Positions 12,801 to 25,995 of a stretch of 64,000 nt of DNA are shown here, piece by piece (positions within the stretch are counted from its first letter, which is position 1; the number at the start of each line of letters is the position of its first letter). Made by a program: the position numbers and the translations under genes. The stretch is taken from contig MU058636.1 of the NCBI GenBank assembly GCA_013265495.1, positions 1,426,001-1,490,000 on the forward strand, read 5' to 3'. The notes beneath the pieces are model-generated. The model was not told where the DNA came from. It did no database searches and worked only from the letters and a program-made list of their open reading frames with translations. The DNA is from Vicugna vicugna (Eukaryota).

Positions 12801-14267
12801 CTGTCAGTGAGCAACAGGACTGTCATCACCCCCCAACAAGCCTGGCCATAGACGTTCTGGTGCCTAGCTTTGTCATTTCCTGGCAAAGGTGAAGAGAGTG
12901 TTCGTTTCTACCTGCCTTTCCTGATTCGGTCAGCTCTCCATCCAGCGAGCAAACACATGCCAGCCTCTCGGGCAGCAATTAAGGTGTTCTCCCCAGCCCC
13001 CAACCCAGACCCGCTCTGGTGAAGTCAGCATCTGTCATGAGCCTTGCCTTTATTTGGCAGCTTCCAGTCAGTAGGTATTTATAGACACAGCCGATCTTTC
13101 CAGGTGTTATTATGCTCATACGCTGCAGAAAAAATAGTTCAGCCCCACCCTCTTCTCTATTTCTCTTTGGTTCAAGAATCAGCTGGTTCTTGTCCTGATT
13201 TCCCTGCAGGTTTTCTGCATTCCTGTAATGACCAGGAGGGGGCACTGTGTAACCGCACAGCATCTTCCCCGCGGCTTCGTGCGCTGGTTTCCCCAGATCT
13301 TTTCCATCTACCTGCAGAAAGCCAGGCTCTTCCGACTCTAACCTACTCCTTACCTGGACCAGAACACCTGGGTGAAACTGCTGTGTGACAACACCATTTT
13401 CACAAGGTCAGAGCAGTCCATTTAGCAGTATCCTTTCTGATTGAAATGATGGATGTCGCGTTCTTTGATGAAATGACAATTTATTGATTTGGGATGAATC
13501 ACAAGATGGCACTGATACCTACTCTTTAAACTCCTGCTTTTCCTCAATTAATTTGAAAATTGGTCTGTTTTCCCCAAACAAGTTCAGAACATAAAGCTTT
13601 AATTGCATGTGTGCGTTTAGGTACTGTTAAGAATTGGGGGGGGGGAAGTATTGTGTAAAAACAAAACATCTCATACTTTTTTTTTTTAAACCCAGATTTA
13701 CTGAAGAAAAACAGAAAACAATATTTAGCTGTTTTGTGTCTGGTTTTCACATTCGCCTAACATGGAATAGGAGGGATTCTGGTATCAGTAACAGTAATAT
13801 TTTGGCACCACCAACAAAACCAAAAAGCTCAAAAAAAAAAAGTCATGCCATCAAAAATAACTGATGCAGCCAGTGATGTACAAAACAAACATTAGCAGAC
13901 ATGATACAGAGCTCGGTATGTGCTCGGCTTTGCAGACTATGAACTGCCCAAGCAGGGCCAGGAGCAGGGAGTGGCAACTGAGACAGCAGCACTTGCTAAG
14001 ATGAAGGACAGCCCTGAAGTATCAGCTCTCCGCTGTTCCCAGACAGTGTTTTGTCGGAATCCACCGTGGGCCTTGGCTGCCCCTGAGAGCCCCTACCTTT
14101 CCTCCCCACCAGGGGGCTCCACTCCTCTTTTCTGCTCCATGCTCTTTTCTGGACCCCTTCCCTTCCTTTTACCTGTAGATTCCCCCATCTTCACCAATTA
14201 TCCTGGCACAAAAGGGTTTCCTTCCTGCTCCCCACCCAGGCTATGATCTGATCATTAAGGCTTTGGG

Positions 14268-14532
14268 AATAGGAAGGGATAAATTGGGAGTTCAAGATTT
14301 GCGGATACTACTATATATAAAATAGATAAACAACAAGGTCCTACTGTATAGCACAGGGAACTATATTCAGTATCTTGTAGTAATTTACAGTTGAAAAGAA
14401 TATGAAAATGAATATATGTGTGTTCCTATATGACTGAAGAATTGTGCTGTACACCAGAAATTGACACAACATTGTAAACTGATTATACTTCAGAAAAGTA
14501 TTAAAAAAAATTCCCCTATGCAAAAAAAAAAA
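14268..14532 (+). mobile_element. 5'-truncated young L1 3' end with poly(A)
   Basis: CTACTGTATAGCACAGGGAACTATATTCA; poly(A); TSD AAGGCTTTGGG at 14257 and 14533. Confidence 0.85.
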
Positions 14533-15224
14533 AAGGCTTTGGGGAGCAACAGAGGGAGTAAACTAGAGCCCACGAACCCCACTCTACTGAAATCATTTCT
14601 GTATCAGTCGCCCCAGTGAGTGGAAGGTGTATGATTTGTTTGTGTGCCCCAATGCCCAGTGCAATGGGGTAAATTGGAGGCATTCAGCAAATTTTGTGAA
14701 CCTCAGCTTAACTGGGATCTCCAAAAAATGTGGTCAAGTTTGTATGGAAATAACACATCAAGAATCCATTGCTGATAGATTTGGATAATTTAAAAATCAC
14801 AAAAGAAGGGGCCCAGCCATCAAGTTTGACAGAACTCTTTTGCATTTGTTTTTATTTTATAGCTCCCCTTTCCCTTTATAGCACAAAGGAGTACTTGGCA
14901 AAAAAAATTGTGCTTCTCTTAAAAATATTTAAATCTATTTTTTTCATTTTATGTATTTTACTTAATATATGTTTATCTTATATATTAACTCATTCAATGT
15001 TCTTACTAACTCCATAAATTATACATTATTGGCCCCATTTTCAGCAAAGGAAACTGAATTTCATGTAAATAATAAGTGGCACTGAAAACCATGAGCTACA
15101 GAGTGAATATTTAAATTTAGAAAAAGAAATCACAAAATTTTAAAAGCTGACAAGTATCATAAACACTTCAAAATCTAGGAAAATACATAATGCTATGTAA
15201 TATACATTTATAAGACTTTTTCCT

Positions 15225-16130
15225 TAATTAAAACATTGTAAGACATACATAAGCTAAATTTACTATTTTAACCATTTTTAAGTGTACGGTTCTGTAACAT
15301 TGAGCACCTTCACATTGTTGTGCAACCATCACCACCATCCATCCCAAGAACTTTTTTTTCAATTGAAGTATAGTCAGTTATAATGTATCAATTTCTGGTG
15401 TACAGCACTTGTCCCAGTCATGCATATATATACATATATTCATTTTCATATTCTTTTTCATTAAAGATTATTACAAGATTTCAGTTTCTTAGTTCCTTGT
15501 GCTATACAGAAGAAATTTGTTTTTGATCTTTTTTTTTTTAACCTTCCCCATCTGAAACTCTGTCCCTGTTAAACACGAACTCCCCTTTCCCCCTCCTCTT
15601 ACTCTCTGGCAACTGTCATTCTACTTTGTGTCTCTGTGAATGTGATTATTCTAGGTACCTAATAGACGTGGAATCATACAATATTTGTCTCTTTGTGACT
15701 GTCTTATTTTGATTAGCACAAGGCCTTTAAGGTTCATCAGTGCTGTAGCAGGTGTCAAAATGTCCTTCCTTCTTAAGGCTGAGTCATAGTCCATTGTATG
15801 ATGGTTCAGCCGTTCATCCATCGATGGACGTTTGGGTTGCTTCCACCTTTTGGCTATTGTGAACAATGCTGCTATGAACTTGGGTGTAGAAATATCTGTT
15901 CCCAGCCCTGCTTTCAGTTCTTTTAGGTATGTACCCAAAAGTGTAATTGCTGGATTACATGGTAATTATGTGGTTAATTTTTTTAAGAATTGCCATACCA
16001 TTCTCCACAGTGGCTGCACCATTTTACATTCCCACCAACAATGCACAAGGTTTCCAGGTTTCCCACATCCTCACCAACACTTGCTTTTTTGGTTTTTTGA
16101 TAATAGCCATCCTAATGGATGTGAGGTGGT
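15225..16130 (-). mobile_element. L1MB-like 3' end and ORF2 tail with a nested young L1 fragment (about 15352-15538)
   Basis: ORF 15651-15938 has an L1 ORF2 C-terminal-like peptide ([16 protein letters not shown]). Confidence 0.8.
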
Positions 16131-16809
16131 TCCTTCTTTTTTTGACTTCATACTTTCTCATCTCTTCTTCATATGTCAGTGATTTTGTATCATTTTTATA
16201 AAAAGACAATTCAGTCTTTTTTCTAGTAGGGATTCATTAAGTATGTGACTTCATACACACATGGTCACTGTGCAGAATACTCTTATAGACTAGTGTCCTA
16301 CGAACACAGAAGTCCTGACATAACACTTGATTTTCATAAAAAATAAAAATACACATGATGTGTTCAACTGAAGTCTGCATTGTTGAGTATACTCCTCAGA
16401 GGGGAGAACTTCTGTTTGGCTCAGTGTCATTGAGAACCAACTTCTTCTCCATTGAAAACCGTACTTGGCTGGTGATTGGAAGAACATTTCACCTCTGTGC
16501 CCAGATGCTGGGAGCATCAGTGCAGTGAGAAGTGAGCACTTCCCTACAGCTGTTCTTCCAACCAGGACAGGGGGTGGGACTGGGAAGCACCTACGTACAT
16601 CTTGTCAAACCCAGTTAAATGTACGCCTGCTCAGCTTCTCCTGAGCAGGACCCACAAAACAGCTGTTTCTATCCCCATGCACCCCAACACGGGGCAACGG
16701 GAGTGGTCCGTCTTTTTCCTGCTGACCTGGGGGAGTCCTTCATCACCACAGACACAAGCCCTTTACGTGTGCCGTGCTCACAGCATGGTTTCTACTCTTT
16801 GCTGGCTTG

Positions 16810-17690
16810 CCTTTTCACTTTCTTAATTGTGTTTTTGATGAACTGAAGTTCTTAATATAGTTCCACTTGTCTGTTTCCTTTACGGTTTATGATTTTGGTG
16901 TGCTGTGTAAGAAAAGTTTTCCTAGCTCAAGGTCAAGAAGATATTTTCCTGTTTCCTTCTAGAAACTGTTTTATCTTTCACATTTAGATCATCAAGCCAT
17001 CTGGAACTGATGTATGGTGTGGGATGGGGGTCAGGACATATATATATATATATAATATTATATTATATATTAAATATATGTTACATATACATAATATATA
17101 ACCTAGATATAAAACCAGTTGTCTTAACACCAGTTATTGAGATGACCATCCCCTCCACTCCTCTGCGCTGGAACTTTTGATATAAATCCAGTGTCTGTAT
17201 ATGTGGGTTTATTTCTGGACTCTTTATTCTGTTCCATTGGCTGTTTTTTTATCTTTGCATCAATATCACATTACCTTAATTACTATATATTTATAATAAG
17301 TCTTGATATCTGATACTGTAGAAGCTACAGTTTTGTCCTTTGCTATTCTTGGACCCCAATATTTCTCCATGAATTTTGGAAGTAGATTGCCAATTTCTAA
17401 GACAAAATGAACTGCTGGTATTCTAATTTGGATTTTACTGATCAGTAAATCAGTTTGGGGAGTAAGCCACTTTCAGAAGAGGAATCTGTGTCCTAGATCT
17501 CTCTGCTGAAAAGACAAGACAAACATACTCATTTGAGCAATCATCAGTATCACATGAGCAACAGGTTTGCAAACTGAAAGGCAAATCGCTACAGAAATGC
17601 TGAATTTTTTTTTTAATAAAATGAGAAGGAACATGTATAAGGATTGGGGCACAATCTTCCCACAGCAGGGGTTGGAGCAACTCTGGGATC
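16810..17690 (-). mobile_element. Old degraded L1 ORF2 fragment with an internal (TA)-rich tract
   Basis: TTTCACATTTAGATC, TTTATTTCTGGACTCTTTATTCTGTTCCATTGG. Confidence 0.6.
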
Positions 17691-18479
17691 TGGTCTCCAC
17701 AGCTCCTTTTTCCTTTGAGCTCAGGAGCTGGAGCTCAGGAGCAGGGGAGAGGGACAGGGGTTCCCCAGCCTGCACTCCCTCTGTGCCCCCAGCGCTCAGC
17801 CTGCTTCCTTGTGCTGGCCATCTACATGTTTGTCTTCTGTCTTTGTAGCCCAGAAACTGAGGATGGGCTCCTGTGACGATTTATTGTTCAAACACACCTG
17901 CTGAGCATCAGGTCCAGTAGCTCTGCCTTTCACGTGTTTGGAACAGGATGTCACGCCTGGAGAGGGGTGGCCAGGCACCACCGATGGGGAAAGGACTTTT
18001 CCCACATGACGGCCCCTCTCCTGTCCCCCAGAGCATGTGCTGAGTTGAGCTAAGGCTGTTGGTATGAATTTGTGTGACCAGGGCAGGAATTGGAGGAAAT
18101 CATTTCTTCTTTCTCTCGGGCAGCCTGTTTAGGAAACACTCTCCCCACTCAGCCCTATTCACTTCCTTCAAAGGCTTTCATTAGAATCCCTTGAAGAACT
18201 ACCTTCTGCCAAAGAGGACTCACAGGCTGAGACAAAGGCAGGCCATGTGACACTGTGGCCTTCCCTTGTCATGGGCCGTTCTCTTCCCTTCCGTGTGGGG
18301 CCCTGGAGGCCACCCCATCTGCACAGCAGGCCACCCAAGAGGCCACAGTACCCCCCCAATGAGGGCTGCACGAGCCCCAGGGGACCTGGGCATCCCGGTG
18401 TTCGCAGGCCCTGCAGGAGGCCCAGGAGCGGGAATGAGCACCACCTGGGGAAGCAGTGAGCCGGTTACAGACCAGAGGA

Positions 18480-18900
18480 TGCCGGCTTGGAGCCCGCGCT
18501 CTGCACCCAGTGGGCCCTGCCTGGGGAGCGCGCCGGGGTGGGCGGCCAGCCTGGACGTGCCCACGACGGGCCCGGGGAATGGTGCGGGGTCCTGCCTCCC
18601 TCAGGGGCAGCAGCTGAGCCGGCGGAGTGTGGGGTTGGCCGGGATGGCGCCGGGATGGCGCCGGGATGGCACAGGCAGGCACAGAACCCCCGCTCGGCGG
18701 GGGTGAACCCGGCTGCCTGCCGGGCAGGTGGGCCCCCGGGGACATCGGCAGAGGCCCCCCACTCCCAGGAGGGCAGGGGCCGGCTGAAGCCTGAGCTCAG
18801 GATGGGATTGTCAGATTCCTGGTGGTTTTACCCCCACCTCCTGCCAGAGCACCGCCCTCGCTGAGGGGATCCAGATGCAGCGTCGCAGCTGCCGGGTACC
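18480..18900. promoter_or_regulatory. Orphan CpG-rich island
   Basis: High GC/CpG, no credible coding frame; contains (GCCGGGATGGC)x3 at 18638-18670. Confidence 0.55.
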
Positions 18901-19686
18901 TGGCGGTGGGGGCCGGGGAGGAAGGAAGACAGGGAGAGAAAATGGGACAAAGAGGGACCACCATAAAACCAGCAGCATGTCTGTAATCACCAGGGCCTTT
19001 GTTTAGAGCTGGTTTAAACAAGTTGTGATCCTTTGGAAGGGAAGGCCATAAACTGAAGCGAAAATAAAAGTGTTTACAGCGAGGGAGGGCGTGGGTGGGG
19101 GTGGGAGTAGGGGGTGCGGCCCGGCTGGGCTCCGAGTGGCTTCCTCCGGGTGCTGACCGGGTCCACACATCACAGGACCAGCACAGATGGAGGGAAGGCG
19201 GTGGGGGGGAGGGGTGCGGGCGCCCCTCCCCCATTCACGCTCAGTGAGAGGGGGACCATCCTACATTCCAGGCTGGGGGAGAGAAGAGGGCAGGGTGCCA
19301 GGCCTTTGTGACATCTAGGGAGTCACCGCCGGAGGCCGGAGGCCGGGAGATCTTAGAGTCAGCTTTTCCACTCCTCTACAAATTCCTCTGTAATGGACTT
19401 GAGGGGGTCACACTAATAAGAGGGTTGGAGGGCAGTTCTTTCTTCAAGAAACGCCTCTTAGGCCCAACTTAGCCTGGAAAGGTGTCAGGAGGCAAGTTTC
19501 ACCCGAGGGAGCAGCATTCCTCAGGGCAGCTCCATGCCCCTGGGGGTAGTGAGGTACAGCCAGCGTGGTTCCGCCTGACTGGCCAGGGGACCGCAGCCCT
19601 GAGACGTTCATGGGGATACCCGGTCACTCAACACATTTCACGGGCACCTTCCACAGGCCAGGCAGCCAGGACAGGGGCTTGCAGGC

Positions 19687-19689
<3 letters not shown>

Positions 19690-19722
<33 letters not shown>

Positions 19723-19732
19723 ATATATATAC
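19690..19732. repeat. (TG)n followed by a short (TA)n microsatellite
   Basis: Seen directly. Confidence 0.95.
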
Positions 19733-20264
19733 ACTCCTGCTTTTTAAAAGGTTAATTCTCCCCAAGAATGCATGTATCCATGTGATGGGATCCTTTTGGG
19801 GAATGTCAGTACCCCAGAAAGCTAAGGGGATTCTTGGAAGTGTACTGTGCTTGTGTCACAGGGCACCATTTGTTGTTTATGTACAGAAGGAAAGGCTGCT
19901 AGACTTTTTTTTTTTTTTGCCAAAAGTCACACTGAGGTCACACTGATACCAATAAGGAAAATGAGTAATTAGAGGCACCTGAAAGATGCATCAGGCTTTT
20001 TTCCTTTAAAGTTTTGTTGTGGCTTTGGCTGGTGACCTTTCTGGAAGTGGGTCCTCCAAATGCAACACCGGGAGAGAGACCTCTCAGATAGGGACCTGAG
20101 GATGCGGCCACCAGGAGATCCAGAAGGCCATCAGCTCTCCTGTTCAGGAGGTCTAAGGAGAAGCGAGTCTTTGGGGATCGTGTGCCCTCGGTCCCGAAAA
20201 ACCAGTGCTTTGTGTGGGGAGAATACAGGGCAGGGAAAGGGTGTAGGCTTTGCAATTAGACAGT

Positions 20265-20430
20265 TGTTTTGAATCCCATCTTCTCAGCTTAGTAACTGGA
20301 CAAATGACAACATCTCCAGGCTTCCGTTTTCTCATCTGTAAAATGAGGATGATAGTAACCCCCCTGCCCCCCAGAGGCTTGGTGTGAGGATTACGTGAGA
20401 TGACGTCGGTGAGCCCCTGGCATTGCTTCG
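20265..20430 (+). mobile_element. MIR SINE
   Basis: CGTTTTCTCATCTGTAAAATGAGGATGATAGTAACC core. Confidence 0.75.
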
Positions 20431-21439
20431 TCTTCCCTCCCTCCCTCGCTCCCCCCAGTGAAGCGAAACTTAGTACCACCCCCCAAAATTCTGAAAAATG
20501 AGAAATTATGAAAACAAAGTCTAAAAAAAAAAAGGATGAGCCCTTCCTGTTTGTTTAGGAAACACTTCAAATCCCCTCATCAATGGCGTGCAGTTTCACT
20601 GTCCACATATCCTGGACGAAACTGCTTTAGGAGTTTTATTCGGTTCATTCATGTAGAAGCTACCCTGTGCTGGATGCTGGACTAGGCAGCGGAGATGCAG
20701 AAGTGAATGACACGGTCCTTAGCCTCGAGACAACACTGAAGCTGACAATTTCAAAGGCATGAAGGACCTGGGGGAAATAGAGAAGGGCCCTGCTTTGCCT
20801 GGCTTGGGGGTGGAGGTGGGGAGAACATGGTTAGGTAAATCTGGAGAAAGTGATGCTTTCCATAGAAAAGAAATCTCTAAAATTTCAAGATATGTCAACC
20901 AACTATCGAGAAAAGGAATTGAGACATAATTAGTGGTAGACTCGATAGGGCTTATTTCAGTAAGAATTATTTCAATAAGTTCTCTTAACTATTCATGGAG
21001 TGTCTATTTGCAAAACTGCACAGATATGAAGGGGCAAGACTGGAGGCTGGATTCAGTGAGGGAGGCAATGAGGAACTGTGGCCGGTCACAGGAACAGCAA
21101 AGGGTCAGCAGCACCAGTTCTGGAACAAATAGCCAAGTTCACGTACTGGTTTGGCCACTTTCTGGCTGTGTGATCTTGGGATGTTATGTGACCTCCCTGT
21201 GCCTTAGTTTACTCATTCATAAAGCAGTCCCTAACTGGCAGGTTCCTTGTGAGGCTGATGAGTGCCTGGCACTCTGGGTGAGTAACCGGGTTCAGTTGTG
21301 GAAGTGCTGGGGGCTAACAGCACTAAGGGGCCAGAGGTAGGAAGGTGCCGGGAGTCCACAGACTTAAAATTCAGTCTAAATTACATGACATGCCAAGTGC
21401 TGGCTTCACATCCACTTCTAAGCCATGTGTGGTTGGTAA

Positions 21440-21600
21440 CTGTATCTGCCGGCTCAGCTGGGCAGCTGTGACAAAGTAGTGCAGACCGGGTGACAGTTCT
21501 GGAGGCCGGAAGGCTGAGATTAAGATGTCGGTAGGAATCTCATGCTGAGGTTCTTGGAGTAAGGACTTCAGCATATGAATCTGGGGGGACGCAATTCAAT
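21440..21600. mobile_element. MaLR (MLT1-like) LTR fragment
   Basis: CAGTTCTGGAGGCCGGAAGGCTGAGATTAAGATGTCGGTAGG...GACTTCAGCATATGAATCTGGGGGG. Confidence 0.55.
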
Positions 21601-24522
21601 GTCACCTTCAAGTCTTAAAGCTCCTCAGGGCAGCTTTTCTGAAAATGTGGAACATGCATGTCCCAGCTGCAGTCACACCAGCAGCCTTAGAAAAAGGAAA
21701 AAGGGAAAAAGAAAGAAAAGGGAGAGAAGACAAAAGGAAAAAGAGACAGGATTGGCACTCCTTGGTCTGTTATCCCAGGATAAGCGTGCAGAGATGCTGG
21801 CTCGGGGCAGCCTTTATCAGATCAGCCTGAGCAGGGGAAAGGGCGTTTCTTTTCATTTTGGGTTTTCGATGAAACATTCTAGGAGACAGATAGATATGAA
21901 AAAAGGTAACAGAGCAAAGACTACAGCCCCTCGGATTTCTGAAAGACACCTGAGCATCTGGCCCAGGGCAGGCGGAACTGCGGGAATGGGCACAGGATGG
22001 TGTCCTCACAGTGGGAAAGGGGGTGCGAATATAGGAGATGTGGCAGGGCCACAGAAAGCCCCAGATGCTGGGGGGGAGGGGTGGAGAAGTGGGGAGAGGA
22101 ATGGAGGGGGTGGGAAGCACAGCTGGGGGCAGGGGGAGAAAGTTCAGTTTCTAGCAGATAAAAGCGGAAACTGAATTTTTGACATCTTTTATTAAGTCAA
22201 ATTTGACCTCCTTTGCCTCAGCTGTAACCTGCTTCTGGTATCTAAGTAATGCATCTTGAGCTGAGATTGTCATCCAGGTATGTAAGATCTGTTATCTCCT
22301 GACTGGGAGACATTGGGTGGGTTTCCTGTTCTCGCATGGCTCTCCTGGTACTGACAGAGCTTGGTCACCTCGGCCCGGCGTTTACTCGCTGTGCACGGGC
22401 CAGGCTCCGCGCGGGGCCCCACCACTGAGCTCGGCGAGGAGCCACTCCAGAGAGAAGCACAGAGACCACCCTATGGTTCTGTCTAAGTGCCTCTTCACCA
22501 GAGAACCATTCTTGCCATCTGCCTTGAGAGTCTTAAGTAGGAGGGCAGGCTGAGTCTTCACTGAACACTCTAGAATATTCCTCAACACAGAGAACAGGGT
22601 AAGGACCCCCGTCCACGCCCCTAGCTTTCTCATGGCCGAGCTTGTTTCACCTTCTCTGACGCCACCCCTCCCAGCTTATTCGGAAGCACATCCCAGATCA
22701 CTCATCATCTGTAGGCATTTTAATAAATATTTATAAAGGATAAAGACTTAAGAAAACCCACAATAATATCACACCTGAAAAATGAACAGTCGTGTCCTCA
22801 ACATCATTCAAATATCCAGTCAATGTCCACATTTCTTTGATTGTCTAATAATTTTTTTGGCAGTTTGCTCGTTTGATTTGGGATCTGTATAAGATGTAAG
22901 GCCCGTGCATTGGGATATATGTCCCTTGAGAATCTTTTAATCTATAGCTCCCCCCATCACCCCACAAGAAATGGAGCTGTTTCCCGTTCAGAGTCTCCTA
23001 CAGGCTGAGTTTTGCTTATTTCCGTCTTGTGCTGACCTTTAACGTGCTCTTCTGTCTCTAGTATTTCCAGATCTAGAGGTTTGGTTGGGGAAGGTGTGCG
23101 TGTAACAGAGCTTGAAGGCTCTGAGCATTTCCATTAGCAAGTATGTAGTGTTTTTTGCTCTTTGTGTAATGTTCTGACTGTTGATGATCATTGTCTAGAT
23201 TTATTAATTTATTTGGAATCACAAAATGGTGATATTCTGCCATTCCTTCTCCATTTACCAGCTGGAAAACCTCCCTCATTAGTTCTTTCATTGCCCTCAG
23301 GTCCTGATCATACAGGAAAAGAGGGACAAATGTTTGGTTCTTTCCCCGGATTTAGCAGTTCAAAAGTGAATAAAGATTTAGTTTCTTAACGTCACCCAAA
23401 GGTAGTCAAATGACTTGTTACTGTTTTGGTGGGCTTTTGAATCACTGTGAAGTCAGAGGCTTGAACATGTCTGACCTTTTCCGAATCACTGCATTTCCAT
23501 CCTTATGGAAAGTGTTCAAACTGTCCTGTCTCTGACCAAGGAGAGCCTCTACAAGCTTGGTTCTGTCCTCCGATGCTGCCTGTTGGCCTTCGACAGTTTC
23601 CCAGGTTACTGGGATAGGAAAATGTACATTTTCTGACCCAGACCTGCAAGGGGCCACTTTGCCATGGATTCCTGATTGTTTTAGTGGGAAGTGCTCTGTA
23701 GAGGTCACAGTCTGAGTGCTGGGAGTGCTCATTACCACTAGGTGGGTCATTGTGTCGAGGCTTTTTCTGTGGACAGAGCTGGGAAATCATGCATTCTCTA
23801 TCAAAGATTAAATTAATCATAAGATGATCCTCTGATTCAAACCCAAAATTACAGGGATTTTACTTAGCTTTGTCAGTCTTTTATCTCCTCTGGCCACAGT
23901 GAACAGTTCCAAAGACACCAGAGAAATTACTCATTTGATTTGTCTTCCGTGATCTAGACACCAGTCTCAGAATAGCAATACTAACACGACCATCTACAGC
24001 ATGCTTACTGAAAGCCACAGAAGGTCTTGTTTCCAGTTCTTCTTGTCCTTCGGGTATATCCCACTGAGAACATGCACTGCGGTCATGTGCTTTAAAGTCA
24101 CTTGCAACACGTCCAGCCTGCGGGGCACACACGTTGGTCCATTTGTTTCCTTTTACTGTCGGTTCTTAGGAATTACATTTTGATTTGATTCTGTGTTGTA
24201 GAATTCCATAAAACATTTTGTGGCTCCGAAGTGAATTCTATAGAATGTGGTGTATGAAAAAATATCTACCTTTATCCCTGCCTCCTTTATCTTATCCTCT
24301 CTCTCCCTTCCTCTGTTAGGAAGCATTTAAAAATTATGGTTATTCTTCCATTTTTAAATGCTTATATGTATTTTTATAAGAGCTGTATTGAGATATGATT
24401 CACATACCATAAAATCCAGGCTTTCAAAATGGGTGTGTCTTCTTTTTAGATAAGCAGCAGTATACAGTAAGCATTTTTTTCTACCTTGCTTTTTGTACTG
24501 AAATATACCCTATATTTTATAC

Positions 24523-24526
<4 letters not shown>

Positions 24527-24556
<30 letters not shown>
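24527..24556. repeat. (TG)n microsatellite
   Basis: Seen directly. Confidence 0.95.
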
Positions 24557-24558
<2 letters not shown>

Positions 24559-25599
24559 TCCCATAGTGTGAAAACGTCTTCCTCATTCATTTGCATGGCT
24601 GGTAGCTTAACATTACTACATTTTATTCAGTCAGTCCCTTCCTGGTGGGCATTTGGGTTCTTTTCAGATTTTTGTTATTACAGGCAGTGCATGTATTTTT
24701 ACATACCTTGGCCAGTGCACTTTTGGGGGATCCCTCCCTAGAAGGGAAATTGCTGGGTGAAAGGATAAATGCACAGATAACTTTTCTAGACACCGCCCAG
24801 GTCCCCTCCCGCCATAAACATAAGAGAGGCATTTCCTCTCAGCCCCCCGCCTTGCTAAGGTTGTATATTGTCAAACTACTGCACGTTTGCCAACCTGCCT
24901 TTAGAAAAACTGTCTCAGCATGATTTCACTCTGGGTTTCTCCCCACAGGAGTGAGGTAGAGAACTTTGTCACGACCGAGGGCCACCTACAGTTCTTGTGA
25001 ACTGTGTTTGAATTTCTCATCCATTTTTCCATAGGTTTGTTGGCCTTTAAAACCCTCCGCGATAAGAGCGTAAATGTTCTTCCTGGTTTGTCTTGTGTCT
25101 CCCTACTTTGTAACAGGGCTCTGTGCCCTGGGAAGAACATGTCCCTGCTGTTCTTTCACATAAGCACATTTATCAACTTCTTGCTTCTATTTTGAAGCAT
25201 AGGGAACTTTTACCCATTTCTGGTTTATGGGTTTGAGCTGTCTCCTTTATGGTTTACTAAGTTCTCATAAGTAAGTGGGTCTGTTTCTGGACTTTCTTTT
25301 CTGGTCTGTCTGTCTGGCTATCTGTTCTCGGGCCAAAATTAAACTGTTTTATTGTAGGAACTCTATAATACCCTCTCACGTGTGGTAAGGCTATCTTTTC
25401 TTTTCTCAATTTTTGTTCTTTCCCAAGACTTTCCTAGTTCTTAATTGTGCACAAACTGTATTTTTAAAATTTTAAGGAGGATCTATACAATTACAATACA
25501 AAGATGTCACTTAGATCCTCATTCCAACAAAATTATTTTAATTTAGTTTAATTTAATTTAGTTTAGTTTTGTTTAGGTTCATAAATTGGAAGACTTTTC

Positions 25600-25995
25600 T
25601 GCTTTTTTTGAAGTTGAAGTATAGTTGATTTATAATATTGTGTTATTTTCTGGTGTACAGCAAAGTGACTCAGCTATACATATGTATTCTTTTTACATCA
25701 TTTTCCATTATAGTTTATTATGAGATATTGACTATAGTTCCCTGTGTTCACAGTAGGACCTTGTTGTCTGTCTATTTTATATAGTTGTGTGTATCTGTTA
25801 ATCCCAAACTCCTAATTTGTCCACCGCCTTTCCCCCCTTGGTAACTATAAGTTAGAGTTTTCTATGTCTGTGAGTCTGCTTCTGTTTTGTAAATGAGTTC
25901 ATTTGTATCATATTTTAGATCCCACATGTAAGTGATATCATATGGTATTTGACTTTCTCTGTCTGACTTACTTCACTTATATGGTAATCTCTAGG
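25600..25995 (-). mobile_element. Young L1 3' end
   Basis: TTGAAGTATAGTTGATTTATAATATTGTG...CTGACTTACTTCACTT...CTCTAGG. Confidence 0.8.

Noticed and set aside
15651..16209. ORFs with protein-like composition (also 28787-29137 and 37777-38028)
   Set aside because: These are decayed L1 ORF2 fragments or their antisense.
21575..22174. 199-aa ORF with a Lys/Arg-rich stretch
   Set aside because: It arises from purine-rich low-complexity and LTR-like DNA, with no splice or homology support.
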